Shown here piece after piece: positions 17,297 to 25,595 of a stretch of DNA of 32,000 nucleotides (the first letter of the stretch is position 1; each line of letters starts with the position of its first letter). The notes beneath the pieces were generated by a model. The model saw only the letters and a program-made list of their open reading frames with translations. It ran no database searches and was not told the origin of the DNA. The translations under genes were made by a program, and so were the position numbers. This DNA is from Neomoorella thermoacetica (GTDB taxonomy: Bacteria > Bacillota > DSM-521 > Neomoorellales > Neomoorellaceae). The DNA lies in contig NZ_CP012369.1 of the NCBI RefSeq assembly GCF_001267405.1, forward strand, positions 2,180,402 to 2,212,401, read 5' to 3'.

Positions 17297-18625
17297 ATGC
17301 CGTCAACCAACCTGTCTGGTATCATCCGGAAAGTCTGGCAGGGCCTGATCTCTATGCGCCTGGCCCTCGTGCTCCTGCTGGTTATGGCCGGGGTCGCGGT
17401 CCTGGAGACCATTATCCCCCAGGGGAATCCCCCGGCCTTCTACCAGTATGCCTATGGGCCGTGGCGTGCCGGGATTATCCGCTTCTTCCAGCTGGATAAG
17501 GTCTACCGGTCCTGGATATTTTTGGGTCTGACCTTTCTCCTGACGGCCAGCCTCCTGGCCTGCGTCGTGAACCGGTGGAACCCCTTGTGGCGCCAGGTTA
17601 CTACCTTTCATTATCGTTGCCGGGAAGATGATTATACCGGCGCACCCGCCGGTGCCAGTGGCTTTTCTACCCGGAGCGCCGGGGAAACGGTAGCCTCCCT
17701 GGTGGCCGGCTGCCGGCGGCGGCACTACCGGGTCTTTACCTCGGAGGAGGAAGGCAGGTTTTATCTATACGCCGACCGGGGCCGTTTCGGGGTCCTGGGT
17801 TCTTTGCTTACCCACCTCAGCGTGGTGCTTATTGTTGCCGGCGGCCTCTACAGCGGCCTGGCGGGGTATCGAGGTTATGTAAACATCCCCGCCGGTGCTA
17901 CGGTGCCAATACCCCGGGCCGGTTTTGCCGTCCGCCTGGATGATTTTCGGATTGATTATTACAGTGACGGTTTAACCCCCAGGCAGTATTATAGCACCCT
18001 AACAGTCATCGAGGGCGGGCGGGAGGTCGAGGGCCGGGTTATTGCCGTCAATGCACCCCTGACCTATAAGGGAGTCACCCTTTACCAGGCCAGCTACGGC
18101 TGGGTCATAGATGGGGTACTTGTAAACCGGGGACAAACGACCAGGTTCGCGCTCCCGGACCGGCAGACCATAAGCCTGGCGGGAGACCTGCGCTTGAAAC
18201 CTATCTTTTACCCCGACTACACCGTCGACCCTGCCGGCCACCCCGGCAGTAAGAGCCCCCGGCCCGTTAACCCCCGGGTGGGCTATATTCTGATGCAGGG
18301 TACCAGGGTGGCTAATTATAGTGTGACCAGACTGGGCGAACCGGTGTCCCTCGGGGACGGCCTTGAGGTTACCTTTACCGGCTACCGCCAGTATACGGGT
18401 TTAAAAATTGCCCATGACCCGGGCATTCCCGTTGTTTATACCGGAGCAGCCCTGCTGTTGCTGGGACTTTTCCTAGTGTTTTACATGCGGAGGCGGCAGA
18501 TATGGGCCCTGGCTATCCCCGCCGATGGCGGTTGTCATGTTTCGCTCGCCGGGGCCGCTCCCCGCTCACAGGCACGCCTGGAAACAGATATCAAGGAGTT
18601 GCTGGCGGAAGCAACCGGCCGGTAA
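17297..18625 (+). CDS. resB: Cytochrome c biogenesis protein ResB/CcsB (System II)
   Basis: 442 aa. N-terminal TM region with LLLVMAGVAVLETIIPQG, a large soluble middle domain and a C-terminal TM segment. Followed by ccsA. Confidence 0.88.
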   Translation: MPSTNLSGIIRKVWQGLISMRLALVLLLVMAGVAVLETIIPQGNPPAFYQYAYGPWRAGIIRFFQLDKVYRSWIFLGLTFLLTASLLACVVNRWNPLWRQVTTFHYRCREDDYTGAPAGASGFSTRSAGETVASLVAGCRRRHYRVFTSEEEGRFYLYADRGRFGVLGSLLTHLSVVLIVAGGLYSGLAGYRGYVNIPAGATVPIPRAGFAVRLDDFRIDYYSDGLTPRQYYSTLTVIEGGREVEGRVIAVNAPLTYKGVTLYQASYGWVIDGVLVNRGQTTRFALPDRQTISLAGDLRLKPIFYPDYTVDPAGHPGSKSPRPVNPRVGYILMQGTRVANYSVTRLGEPVSLGDGLEVTFTGYRQYTGLKIAHDPGIPVVYTGAALLLLGLFLVFYMRRRQIWALAIPADGGCHVSLAGAAPRSQARLETDIKELLAEATGR

Positions 18626-18693
18626 ATCCCGGCTGAGGTACATAAAAAGACGGGCTGGCTTAGATTAACACCAGAGAAAACAGAGGGGGGCCA

Positions 18694-19527
18694 GTGATGG
18701 TCAGTACCTGGGAAAACCTTTTTTTCATCCCGGCGGTGATTTTATACCTCCTGGGCACGGTCCTTTATTTTATCGCCCTCACCCGACGCCGGGAAACAAC
18801 CGGCCGCCTGGCCTTTCTCGTGACGGCTGCCGCCTTTGCCCTGCATACCATGGCCCTGGTCGCCCGGACCATCGCCGCCGGGCGGCTGCCCTCCAGTAAT
18901 ATGTATGAGTTCACTTCCCTCTTTGCCTGGGGTGTAGCCCTGGTCTTTCTGGTTGTCGAAAGGCTCTACGCCATTAAAGCCCTGGGGGCCTTTGTTCTCC
19001 CCCTTATCTTCGCTCTCCTGGGTTATGCCGCCGTTCTCCCCCGGGAGATCAGGCCCCTGGTGCCGGCCCTGCAGAGTTACTGGCTGCAGATCCACGTTTT
19101 GACAGCCATCCTGGCCTATGGTGGTTTCGGTATCTCCTTCGGGTTGGCTATCATGTATCTTATTAAAGAACGCAAGGAAACGGCCGGGAATTTTTCCAGC
19201 CGCCTCTACCAGTTGCTACCTGATCTAAAGATCCTGGATGAGCTGATCTACGGGGCCATAGCCTTCGCCTTTCCCTTTATGACCCTGGTCCTCATTACCG
19301 GGGCCGTCTGGGCGGAGCGGGCCTGGGGGAGTTACTGGAGCTGGGACCCAAAGGAGACCTGGGCCCTGATCACCTGGCTCATCTATGCCGTTTACCTCCA
19401 TGCCCGCTTAACCTATGGCTGGAAGGGACACCGGGCGGCCTGGATGGCGGTTATCGGCTTCCTGGCGGTCCTCTTCACCTACTTTGGCGTCAACCTCTTC
19501 CTGTCAGGTTTGCACAGTTACGTTTAG
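18694..19527 (+). CDS. ccsA: Cytochrome c-type biogenesis protein CcsA/ResC (heme-handling W-rich motif)
   Basis: 277 aa, polytopic, with the WWD-type motif WGSYWSWDPKETWALITW. The ATG at 18697 is an equally likely start. Confidence 0.92.
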   Translation: MMVSTWENLFFIPAVILYLLGTVLYFIALTRRRETTGRLAFLVTAAAFALHTMALVARTIAAGRLPSSNMYEFTSLFAWGVALVFLVVERLYAIKALGAFVLPLIFALLGYAAVLPREIRPLVPALQSYWLQIHVLTAILAYGGFGISFGLAIMYLIKERKETAGNFSSRLYQLLPDLKILDELIYGAIAFAFPFMTLVLITGAVWAERAWGSYWSWDPKETWALITWLIYAVYLHARLTYGWKGHRAAWMAVIGFLAVLFTYFGVNLFLSGLHSYV

Positions 19528-19614
19528 GGCGATCTCCGGTTCCCCTTAAAAGACGCGGCCGGAGGGCGTTTAAGCTATAATCAACTGATTGGGACCAAGG
19601 GGGTATCAGTCATC

Positions 19615-19890
19615 ATGATTGCCTGTCAATTGTCCCTCTATCCCCTGGGAACCCCGGCCTATACGCCGGTGATCAAGGAAGCCATGGCGGTGCTGGAGCA
19701 GTGCGGGGTGGAAATAGAGGTCAACGCCATGGGCACTATTATCCGCGGTGAGGAGGAAGCCGTCTGGCGGGCGGCCAGGCAACTCTTCCAGGTAGCGGCA
19801 GGCCGGGGCGAAGCAGTCCTGGTAATGACCGTGTCCAACCGCTGCGGCTGCAAAGTGGCAAACAAAAAAGCCCCAGCAAGGGGCTCCTAA
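19615..19890 (+). CDS. MTH1187/YkoF-family (DUF77) small protein
   Basis: 91 aa. MIACQLSLYPLGTPAYTPVIKEAMAVLEQCGVEIEVNAMGTIIRGEEEAVW fits the family pattern (S.YPLG ... GT.IEG). The C-terminus looks shorter than in typical members. Confidence 0.75.
   Translation: MIACQLSLYPLGTPAYTPVIKEAMAVLEQCGVEIEVNAMGTIIRGEEEAVWRAARQLFQVAAGRGEAVLVMTVSNRCGCKVANKKAPARGS
19860..19885 (-). terminator. Rho-independent terminator for the minus strand
   Basis: The minus-strand RNA reads AGCCCC-UUGCU-GGGGCU followed by UUUUUGUUU. It starts 2 nt after the TAG of the small minus-strand ORF and lies inside the 3' end of the plus-strand MTH1187-like gene. Confidence 0.7.
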
Positions 19891-20036
19891 ACAGGCTTGC
19901 CATCCTCCCGGCAGCACCTGTCTAAAAGGGCGTCCATAAACTCGAGGGCCAGGTCTTCCTCGGATTCGATATTCTGCCAGGCGGCGGGGTTATCCTTGCT
20001 TTTCTCCTCGCCCCTGGCTTTTTTACGTCCAGGCAC
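19887..20036 (-). CDS. Unannotated small protein (49 aa from GTG 20036, or 57 aa from ATG 20060)
   Basis: Below the track's length cutoff. GGAGG (20048-20044) lies 7 nt before GTG. Translation: (M)PGRKKARGEEKSKDNPAAWQNIESEEDLALEFMDALLDRCCREDGKPV. An intrinsic terminator follows immediately. Confidence 0.5.
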   Translation of the reverse strand: MPGRKKARGEEKSKDNPAAWQNIESEEDLALEFMDALLDRCCREDGKPV

Positions 20037-20150
20037 AGGACCACCTCCGGAAAATAGCATGCCTTAAATACTGGTTTTCTATGTGACTCGCCTGGTAAAA
20101 CTAAGCCGGAAGTTGAATCTGGCCAGCGGGGCCGAACGGGTATTTTCTCC

Positions 20151-20179
20151 TTGACGGCACGGAAGACAGGTAATATAAT
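20151..20179 (+). promoter_or_regulatory. Sigma-A-type promoter of cadC-cadA
   Basis: TTGACG (20151-20156), a 17-nt spacer, then TATAAT (20174-20179). Confidence 0.6.
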
Positions 20180-20183
20180 ACGT

Positions 20184-20199
20184 TTAAACAATTGCTTAA
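20184..20199. promoter_or_regulatory. Imperfect palindrome TTAAACAATTGCTTAA (candidate CadC operator)
   Basis: 14 of 16 positions are symmetric around CAATTG. Located immediately downstream of the -10 element. Confidence 0.4.
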
Positions 20200-20225
20200 T
20201 CGTATTTTATGATAGGGTGATAGCT

Positions 20226-20579
20226 ATGCCGGAAGCGAACCATGATCTATGTGATACCTTTTGTCCCTCCGGAGGGGCGGAGGGGCTGCGGGAGAAGGTG
20301 GTGGAGGTCGCCGGGCTGTCGGAAATCTTCAAGGTGCTGGGGGATGAAACCAGGACCAAGATCCTTTACCTGCTCTCCTTCCGGGAATTGTGCGTCTGCG
20401 ATATAGCCACCATCTTAGACATGAGTTTACCGGCCATTTCTCACCACCTGCGGCTGCTAAAAGCCCTGCGCCTGGTCAAGTACCGCCGGGACGGCAAGAT
20501 GGTCTATTACTCCCTCGACGACGAGCATATCGTCCACCTGATCCGCGAGGCCCAGGAACACTTTGCCGAGTACAGATAA
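20226..20579 (+). CDS. cadC: CadC-like ArsR/SmtB metalloregulator
   Basis: 117 aa from the ATG at 20226. The N-terminal arm has Cys residues (CDTFC), followed by ELCVCDIATILDMSLPAISHHLRLLKALRLV. The track start at 20151 coincides with the -35 hexamer, so I rejected it. Confidence 0.88.
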   Translation: MPEANHDLCDTFCPSGGAEGLREKVVEVAGLSEIFKVLGDETRTKILYLLSFRELCVCDIATILDMSLPAISHHLRLLKALRLVKYRRDGKMVYYSLDDEHIVHLIREAQEHFAEYR

Positions 20580-20625
20580 ACTAAAAACGCGGACATAAAT
20601 TAAAGAAGGACGGGAGTTGAAAGTT

Positions 20626-22728
20626 ATGCGTTACAAACTGGCCGGCCTGGACTGCGCCGGCTGTGCCGCCAGGCTGGAACAGGAATTGCGCCGGGTTAAA
20701 GGTCTGGAAAAAGCAACCATTAACTTTGCCGCTCGGAGCCTGGACCTACCCCCGGAGATGCTGCCGGCAGCCCGGGAGGTTATTGCTCGGGTGGAACCGG
20801 AAGTACGGTTAATTGAAACGGACGGGGATGAGACCAGGGAGGAAAATGAGAAAGCCAGGAGAAACCTCTATCGCATCATAATTGCTACGTTACTCCTGGT
20901 GCCGGGACTTATTTTTAATGAACGGCTCCACCGTACCCCCTATTTCTGGGCGGAATATGCCGTCCTTCTGGCAGCCTATTTCCTGGTAGGCTGGCCGGTG
21001 ATACGGACGGTCCTGAGGAACCTGGCCCGGGGCCAATTCTTCGACGAAACCTTTTTGATGACCGTGGCTACCGCCGGGGCCATTGCCATCCACCAGTTGC
21101 CCGAAGCGGTGGGGGTCATGCTTTTCTACGCCGTAGGTGAATATTTCCAGGAACGGGCCGTCAATCGTTCCCGCTGTTCTATCGCCGCCCTGCTGGATAT
21201 CCGGCCGCAATACGCCAACCTGAAACTGAACGGGGAAACCAAACGGGTACGGCCGGAAGAGGTGGAGGTAGGACAGGCTATTGTCATCAAGCCGGGCGAA
21301 AGAGTGCCCCTGGACGGCGAGGTGGTGGACGGCGTTTCCTTTGTCGACACTTCGGCCCTGACAGGGGAAGCTGTCCCCCGCAAGGTGGAAAAGGGTGAGC
21401 CAATCCTGGCCGGGATGATCAACGGTCATGGTCTTTTAACGGTCAGGGTGACCAGGCCCTTCGAGGAATCCTCGGTGGCCCGCATCCTGGAGCTGGTGGA
21501 AAACGCTGCGACACGTAAAGCCCCGACGGAGCAATTCATCACCGCCTTTTCCCGTTACTACACCCCGGCGGTAGTTCTGGGAGCCCTGGCCCTGGCCGTA
21601 ATCCCTCCCCTGGTCCTGCCTGAGGCCGCTTTTTCAACGTGGATCTACCGCGCCCTGGTGCTGCTGGTTATCTCCTGCCCCTGTGCCCTGGTGGTTTCAA
21701 TTCCCTTGGGGTACTTCGGTGGTATTGGCAGCGCTTCCCGCCGGGGCATCCTGGTCAAGGGTGCCAGTTTCCTGGACGCCCTTCCGGCTTTGCATACCGT
21801 CGTTTTTGATAAAACGGGAACCCTGACCAGGGGCGTCTTCCGGGTCAGCCGGGTAGTTCCTTACAACGGCTTTACGCCAGAGGAACTCCTGTACACAGCC
21901 GCCGCTGCCGAACTCTATTCCAATCATCCCATTGCCCAATCCATCCGGGAGGCCTGGGGCAGCGAGATCTCTCCCGACCAGGTAAAAGACTACCATGAAA
22001 TCCCCGGCCACGGCATCAGGGCCGTGGTCAAGGGGAGACAGGTCCTGGCTGGGAACGACCGCCTGCTACACCGGGAAGGGATTGTCCATGAGGTGTGCAG
22101 CGTGGAAGGAACCGGCGTTCACGTCGTCATTGACGGGACCTTTGCCGGCTACATCGTCATTGCCGACGAGGTGAAGCCCGATGCCGGTGAGGCCGTTGCC
22201 CGGCTCAAGGAATTAGGGGTAAAGAGAATAGTGATGCTTACCGGCGATGAGGAGGCCGTGGCCCGCCGGGTTGCCAGGGACCTGGGTATAGACGCTTACT
22301 TTGCGGAATTGTTACCGGAGGATAAAGTGGCAAAGGTGGAAGAGCTGGAGGCCAGCCTCCCCGACCGCCGCCGGCAGAAGCTGGCTTTTGTGGGTGACGG
22401 TATCAACGATGCCCCGGTTATTACCCGGGCCGACGTGGGAGTGGCCATGGGCGGCCTGGGGAGCGATGCCGCCATTGAAGCTGCCGACGTGGTTCTCATG
22501 GAGGACGCACCCTCCAGGCTGGCCGACGCTATCGAGATCGCCAGGTATACCGGCCTTATCGTCAGGCAGAACGTGGTCCTGGCCCTGAGTATCAAGGCCT
22601 TCTTCCTGATCCTGGGGGTCTTGGGCGTGGCGACAATCTGGGAAGCCGTGTTCGCCGATGTAGGCGTGGCCCTGGCAGCCATCTTCAACGCCAGCAGGAC
22701 CCTGCGCTATCGACCCTCAACATTATAA
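20626..22728 (+). CDS. cadA: P1B-type heavy-metal-translocating ATPase (Cd/Zn/Pb-type, CadA/ZntA-like)
   Basis: Has the N-terminal HMA motif GLDCAGCAARLE, the TM6 motif SCPCALVVSIP, DKTGTLT, SNHPIA and GDGINDAP. The alternative TTG start at 20617 is the one used in the track. Confidence 0.93.
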   Translation: MRYKLAGLDCAGCAARLEQELRRVKGLEKATINFAARSLDLPPEMLPAAREVIARVEPEVRLIETDGDETREENEKARRNLYRIIIATLLLVPGLIFNERLHRTPYFWAEYAVLLAAYFLVGWPVIRTVLRNLARGQFFDETFLMTVATAGAIAIHQLPEAVGVMLFYAVGEYFQERAVNRSRCSIAALLDIRPQYANLKLNGETKRVRPEEVEVGQAIVIKPGERVPLDGEVVDGVSFVDTSALTGEAVPRKVEKGEPILAGMINGHGLLTVRVTRPFEESSVARILELVENAATRKAPTEQFITAFSRYYTPAVVLGALALAVIPPLVLPEAAFSTWIYRALVLLVISCPCALVVSIPLGYFGGIGSASRRGILVKGASFLDALPALHTVVFDKTGTLTRGVFRVSRVVPYNGFTPEELLYTAAAAELYSNHPIAQSIREAWGSEISPDQVKDYHEIPGHGIRAVVKGRQVLAGNDRLLHREGIVHEVCSVEGTGVHVVIDGTFAGYIVIADEVKPDAGEAVARLKELGVKRIVMLTGDEEAVARRVARDLGIDAYFAELLPEDKVAKVEELEASLPDRRRQKLAFVGDGINDAPVITRADVGVAMGGLGSDAAIEAADVVLMEDAPSRLADAIEIARYTGLIVRQNVVLALSIKAFFLILGVLGVATIWEAVFADVGVALAAIFNASRTLRYRPSTL

Positions 22729-22864
22729 TTAACTCCTACTAATCCTTTCTTTAAAAAATACCGGCCTGTTAATTTTTCCATTAATGGTGCCGCCTGAGGC
22801 CATCTGTTTGTTGTACAGGTAGTCCCGGGGGCGATTATGTGCTACAATAGACCTGGTGATTGCC

Positions 22865-23623
22865 ATGCCAACCAGCACCTACCAGAGAGATTACGAAGTG
22901 CGCTATTATGAAACTAATTTTTTGCTTGAGGCCTCACCAGTAACTATTCTGGGTTACCTGGAAGAAACAGCCACTTTACATTCAGAAACAGCAGGCATAG
23001 GGATTAATAAGTTAAAAGCTGCCGGCCGGGGCTGGGTTGTCTATCGCTATCACCTGCAGATGGAGCGCTATCCCCGCTGGCGGGAACATATCACCATAAC
23101 CACCTGGGTGGAGAATTTCCAGCGCTGCTTCGCCCACCGTGACTTTTATATCCACGACGCCGGGGGAAACCTCATTGGCCGGGCCGCATCGGTCTGGGTC
23201 TTCCTGGATATACACAAAAAGAAACCCCTGCGCATACCACCACAGGTAACCGGAGCCTACGGCCTTTACCCGGAAGTAGCCGTCCCCGGCGTCTTCACCG
23301 ACCTGCCGTCCCTGGAAAAACCGGCGACAGCCGGGGAATTCACCGTCCGGATGGCCGACCTGGATACTAATCATCATGCCAATAACAAGAGGTATATCGG
23401 CTGGATCCTGGAGGGTGTCCCCCTGGAGGTCCACCGGACGGCCTTCCCGGCTACCATTGAAGTCTTATATAAAAAAGATGCCCGCTACGGTGAGCATATC
23501 CACTGCGAATGCCAGGAAATACCGGCCGTAGAGGGCGACAGGTGTTACCTCCACCGTCTCTCCTGTCCTGAAAGGGATCTGGAGCTGACCCTGGCCCGGA
23601 CCACCTGGCGGAAACGGCGTTAG
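22865..23623 (+). CDS. Acyl-ACP thioesterase family protein
   Basis: About 252 aa. YEVRYYETNF...GWVVYRYHLQMERYPRW...ITTWV and DLDTNHHANNKRYIGW fit the double hot-dog acyl-ACP thioesterase pattern. An alternative GTG start is at 22856. Confidence 0.8.
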   Translation: MPTSTYQRDYEVRYYETNFLLEASPVTILGYLEETATLHSETAGIGINKLKAAGRGWVVYRYHLQMERYPRWREHITITTWVENFQRCFAHRDFYIHDAGGNLIGRAASVWVFLDIHKKKPLRIPPQVTGAYGLYPEVAVPGVFTDLPSLEKPATAGEFTVRMADLDTNHHANNKRYIGWILEGVPLEVHRTAFPATIEVLYKKDARYGEHIHCECQEIPAVEGDRCYLHRLSCPERDLELTLARTTWRKRR

Positions 23624-23837
23624 CCGTCTGCACGGAGTGAGGGGGCAAGGGACATGGGTGCCGACCTGGAGTTAAGGCTGGTCCACGATGGCCAGCGATG
23701 GCCGATGGCAAGCTCACTGCCAGCGACCGCACCCACGGCGAGTTGAAGCAAAACTTAAAAAAGCCCTGGCCCGCAGCGGCGCCTACCTGGAACGTTTAAT
23801 GGCCATTGATACTGCCGGCATCTTCGTCTAAAAATAC

Positions 23838-23876
23838 AGCCCTGCAGCAACCCCAAAGCTGCAGGGCTTTTATTAT
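23838..23876 (+). terminator. Strong hairpin terminator
   Basis: AGCCCTGCAGC-aaccccaaa-GCTGCAGGGCT forms an 11-bp stem (23838-23868), followed by TTTATTAT. It sits between convergent transcription units. Confidence 0.65.
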
Positions 23877-23955
23877 ACTGTTATTTCCAGACGGGCGTTA
23901 AACGACTCCCTGCCAGCCGAGCTCGGTCCGCCACCCGGTGGACGAAGCCCGGTCC

Positions 23956-24444
23956 CTATCGGCCCCAGTGGGTGATATTATGTTCGTAATAAAGAAGGGG
24001 TTTTTTATCACTGTTGACCTGGGCCGCTACCACCTGGCCGGTAATAATGATATGATCGCCGCTCTGGAAGCGATTACTCACTTTACACTCCAGGTTGGCC
24101 AGGGCGTCTTTCACCCCCGGTGTGGTAACTACCGCCGACGGCACGGTAGCCAGGCCCAGTTCCTTGATTTTATCGACGTCTCTGCCTGAATGGCTACCGC
24201 AGAAGACGGCGATTTTCTCCTGATCATCAGCCAGAATGGAGAGGACAAACTCTCCGGCGGCATCCAGGAGTTCCAGCACGTAGCGGTTGGGGTGAAGGGC
24301 CACCATTACCTGGGGCGGGTTGGACGACTCCTGGCTAAACCAGGCCACAGTGGTCAGATCGTGCTTTTCCCCCTGTTTCACCCCTACCAGGCCGCAAGGG
24401 CAGGTGATCTTGCCCAGGGCGCGGGAAATTTCGGCAGTGCTCAT
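23956..24444 (-). CDS. Flavin reductase-like FMN-binding domain protein
   Basis: 162 aa from the ATG at 24444, which lies 8 nt after AAAGGAG (the track uses an upstream TTG at 24462). The pattern LTTVAWFSQESSNPPQVMVAL...FVLSIL...ANLECKV fits the PF01613-like fold. Confidence 0.75.
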   Translation of the reverse strand: MSTAEISRALGKITCPCGLVGVKQGEKHDLTTVAWFSQESSNPPQVMVALHPNRYVLELLDAAGEFVLSILADDQEKIAVFCGSHSGRDVDKIKELGLATVPSAVVTTPGVKDALANLECKVSNRFQSGDHIIITGQVVAAQVNSDKKPLLYYEHNITHWGR

Positions 24445-24746
24445 GAAACCAACTCCTTTCAAATAGCTTCGCTTTTATTATACCCCATTTTCCACCACAA
24501 CATCATGGGATGGACTGCAAAACAGGTTGCCGGTACCTCCGTCGTATTTGCCCCGCCAAAGGCCGTGCAGGCAAATGACTACGGTAAAGGTGTTAGTTAC
24601 CGGGGAACTAGAAACATATGTGACGGCCGCTCATTGATGGCCCATTCGTCTTTAAACAGCATAGTAATCACATCAGGTGTTCGACCATACTGCTAATTCG
24701 ATACCGGTAGAGGATGAAAACGGCAGAGGAATAACATGGCAATATA

Positions 24747-24775
24747 TTGAAAGGTAGTCTCGCCGGCGCTATAAT
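24747..24775 (+). promoter_or_regulatory. Sigma-A-type promoter of the toxin-antitoxin operon
   Basis: TTGAAA (24747-24752), a 17-nt spacer, then TATAAT (24770-24775). GGAGG lies 8 nt before the ATG at 24798. Confidence 0.6.
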
Positions 24776-24797
24776 ATGACCACATGGAGGTGGAAAA

Positions 24798-25067
24798 ATG
24801 GAACAGATCGGTATTAGAAAGATGAAGGCATCCATGAGCCAGTATATCAAGCGAGTTAAAGAAGGGGAAACCCTGATTATTACCGTTCGTGGCCGTCCTG
24901 TGGCCAGGCTGGTGCCGATAGAAAATAAACTACCCTCCGGTATTACTACCATGTTAGATAAAGGCCTGGCATCGTGGGCTGGCGGCAAGCCACTAGGAAC
25001 CAAACAATATTTGCCAATTAAAAAAGGCTTTTCCATTGCCCAAATAGTAGAGGAAGATCGCCGGTGA
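24798..25067 (+). CDS. Type II antitoxin, Phd/YefM family
   Basis: 89 aa. IGIRKMKASMSQYIKRVKEGETLIITVRGRPVARLVPIE is the classic Phd/YefM N-terminal domain. Its stop overlaps the toxin start (GTGA). Confidence 0.88.
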   Translation: MEQIGIRKMKASMSQYIKRVKEGETLIITVRGRPVARLVPIENKLPSGITTMLDKGLASWAGGKPLGTKQYLPIKKGFSIAQIVEEDRR

Positions 25068-25507
25068 TATCTTACCTTGATACCAGCGCCCTGGTGAAGC
25101 TGTATATTTATGAGGAAGGCACCCCGGAGGTCAAAGAACTCGCGGCCAATTCCCTCATTGTGGCTACCTGTAAAATTGCCTACGCTGAAGCAAGAGCCGC
25201 CCTGGCCCGCGGTCACCGGGAAAGAGCTCTCGATGATGCAGTATATACCCAAGCCGTTACAGCTCTCAAGGATGATTGGCGTAATTACTTCGCCATAGAA
25301 GTATCCGACGCCTTGATAGATAAGGCCGGAGAGTTAGCAGAACGGCATCAACTGCGTGGTTTTGATGCCGTTCATTTGGCAGCAGTATTGATGTTAAAGC
25401 AACAGGTAAAGGATAATATAACCGTAGCTTGCTGGGATAAAAAGTTCTGGCAGGCCTTGAAGGCCAATAACTTTACCTTATTACCAGAGGAGCTTCCCGG
25501 CGCCTGA
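25064..25507 (+). CDS. vapC: Type II toxin, PIN-domain VapC
   Basis: 147 aa. Acidic PIN residues appear in YLDTSALV, EARA, FDAVHLA and CWDKKF. There is a 4-nt overlap with the antitoxin gene. Confidence 0.88.
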   Translation: MISYLDTSALVKLYIYEEGTPEVKELAANSLIVATCKIAYAEARAALARGHRERALDDAVYTQAVTALKDDWRNYFAIEVSDALIDKAGELAERHQLRGFDAVHLAAVLMLKQQVKDNITVACWDKKFWQALKANNFTLLPEELPGA

Positions 25508-25536
25508 CCTTTGCCCGGTCGACATCTCAATGGAGC

Positions 25537-25587
25537 AGGTCCGGGGGGTAGCCAGGCTCCGATTTCCCGAGACCTCATAACTTTTTT
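25537..25587 (+). terminator. Candidate terminator after vapC
   Basis: AGGTCCGGG (25537-25545) pairs imperfectly with CCCGAGACCT (25566-25575). CTTTTTT follows at 25581-25587. Confidence 0.4.
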
Positions 25588-25595
25588 AGCTTTCT

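Noticed and set aside
19528-19614. TPP riboswitch upstream of the MTH1187/YkoF-family (thiamine-binding-like) gene
   Set aside because: The conserved CUGAGA and ACCUGAUCUGGAUAAUGCCAGCG-type elements are absent. Only a short CTCCGG/CCGGAG hairpin is present.
19922-20191. 89-aa minus-strand track ORF (MFKRIILPVFRAVKEK...)
   Set aside because: It is Arg/Pro-rich with non-protein-like composition and extends across the cadC promoter. A different frame in the same region has an SD and a terminator, so I preferred that one.
20151-20225. Upstream TTG start for cadC used by the ORF track
   Set aside because: That TTG is the first three bases of the -35 hexamer TTGACG of a TTGACG-17-TATAAT promoter. 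The ATG at 20226 gives a standard-length CadC.
20890-22688. Minus-strand ORFs inside cadA (179, 98, 104 and 130 aa). The same applies to antisense ORFs inside hyfG, fdhF, resB, acr3 and the desulfurase gene.
   Set aside because: All lie antisense within genes that carry unambiguous catalytic motifs. Their Arg/Gly/Pro-rich composition is typical of GC-rich shadow frames.
24190-25252. Track ORFs 24190..24696 (+) and 24668..25252 (-), 168 and 194 aa
   Set aside because: They are antisense to, or overlap, the well-supported flavin reductase and Phd/VapC genes. They have no family motifs and no RBS, which is typical of shadow ORFs.
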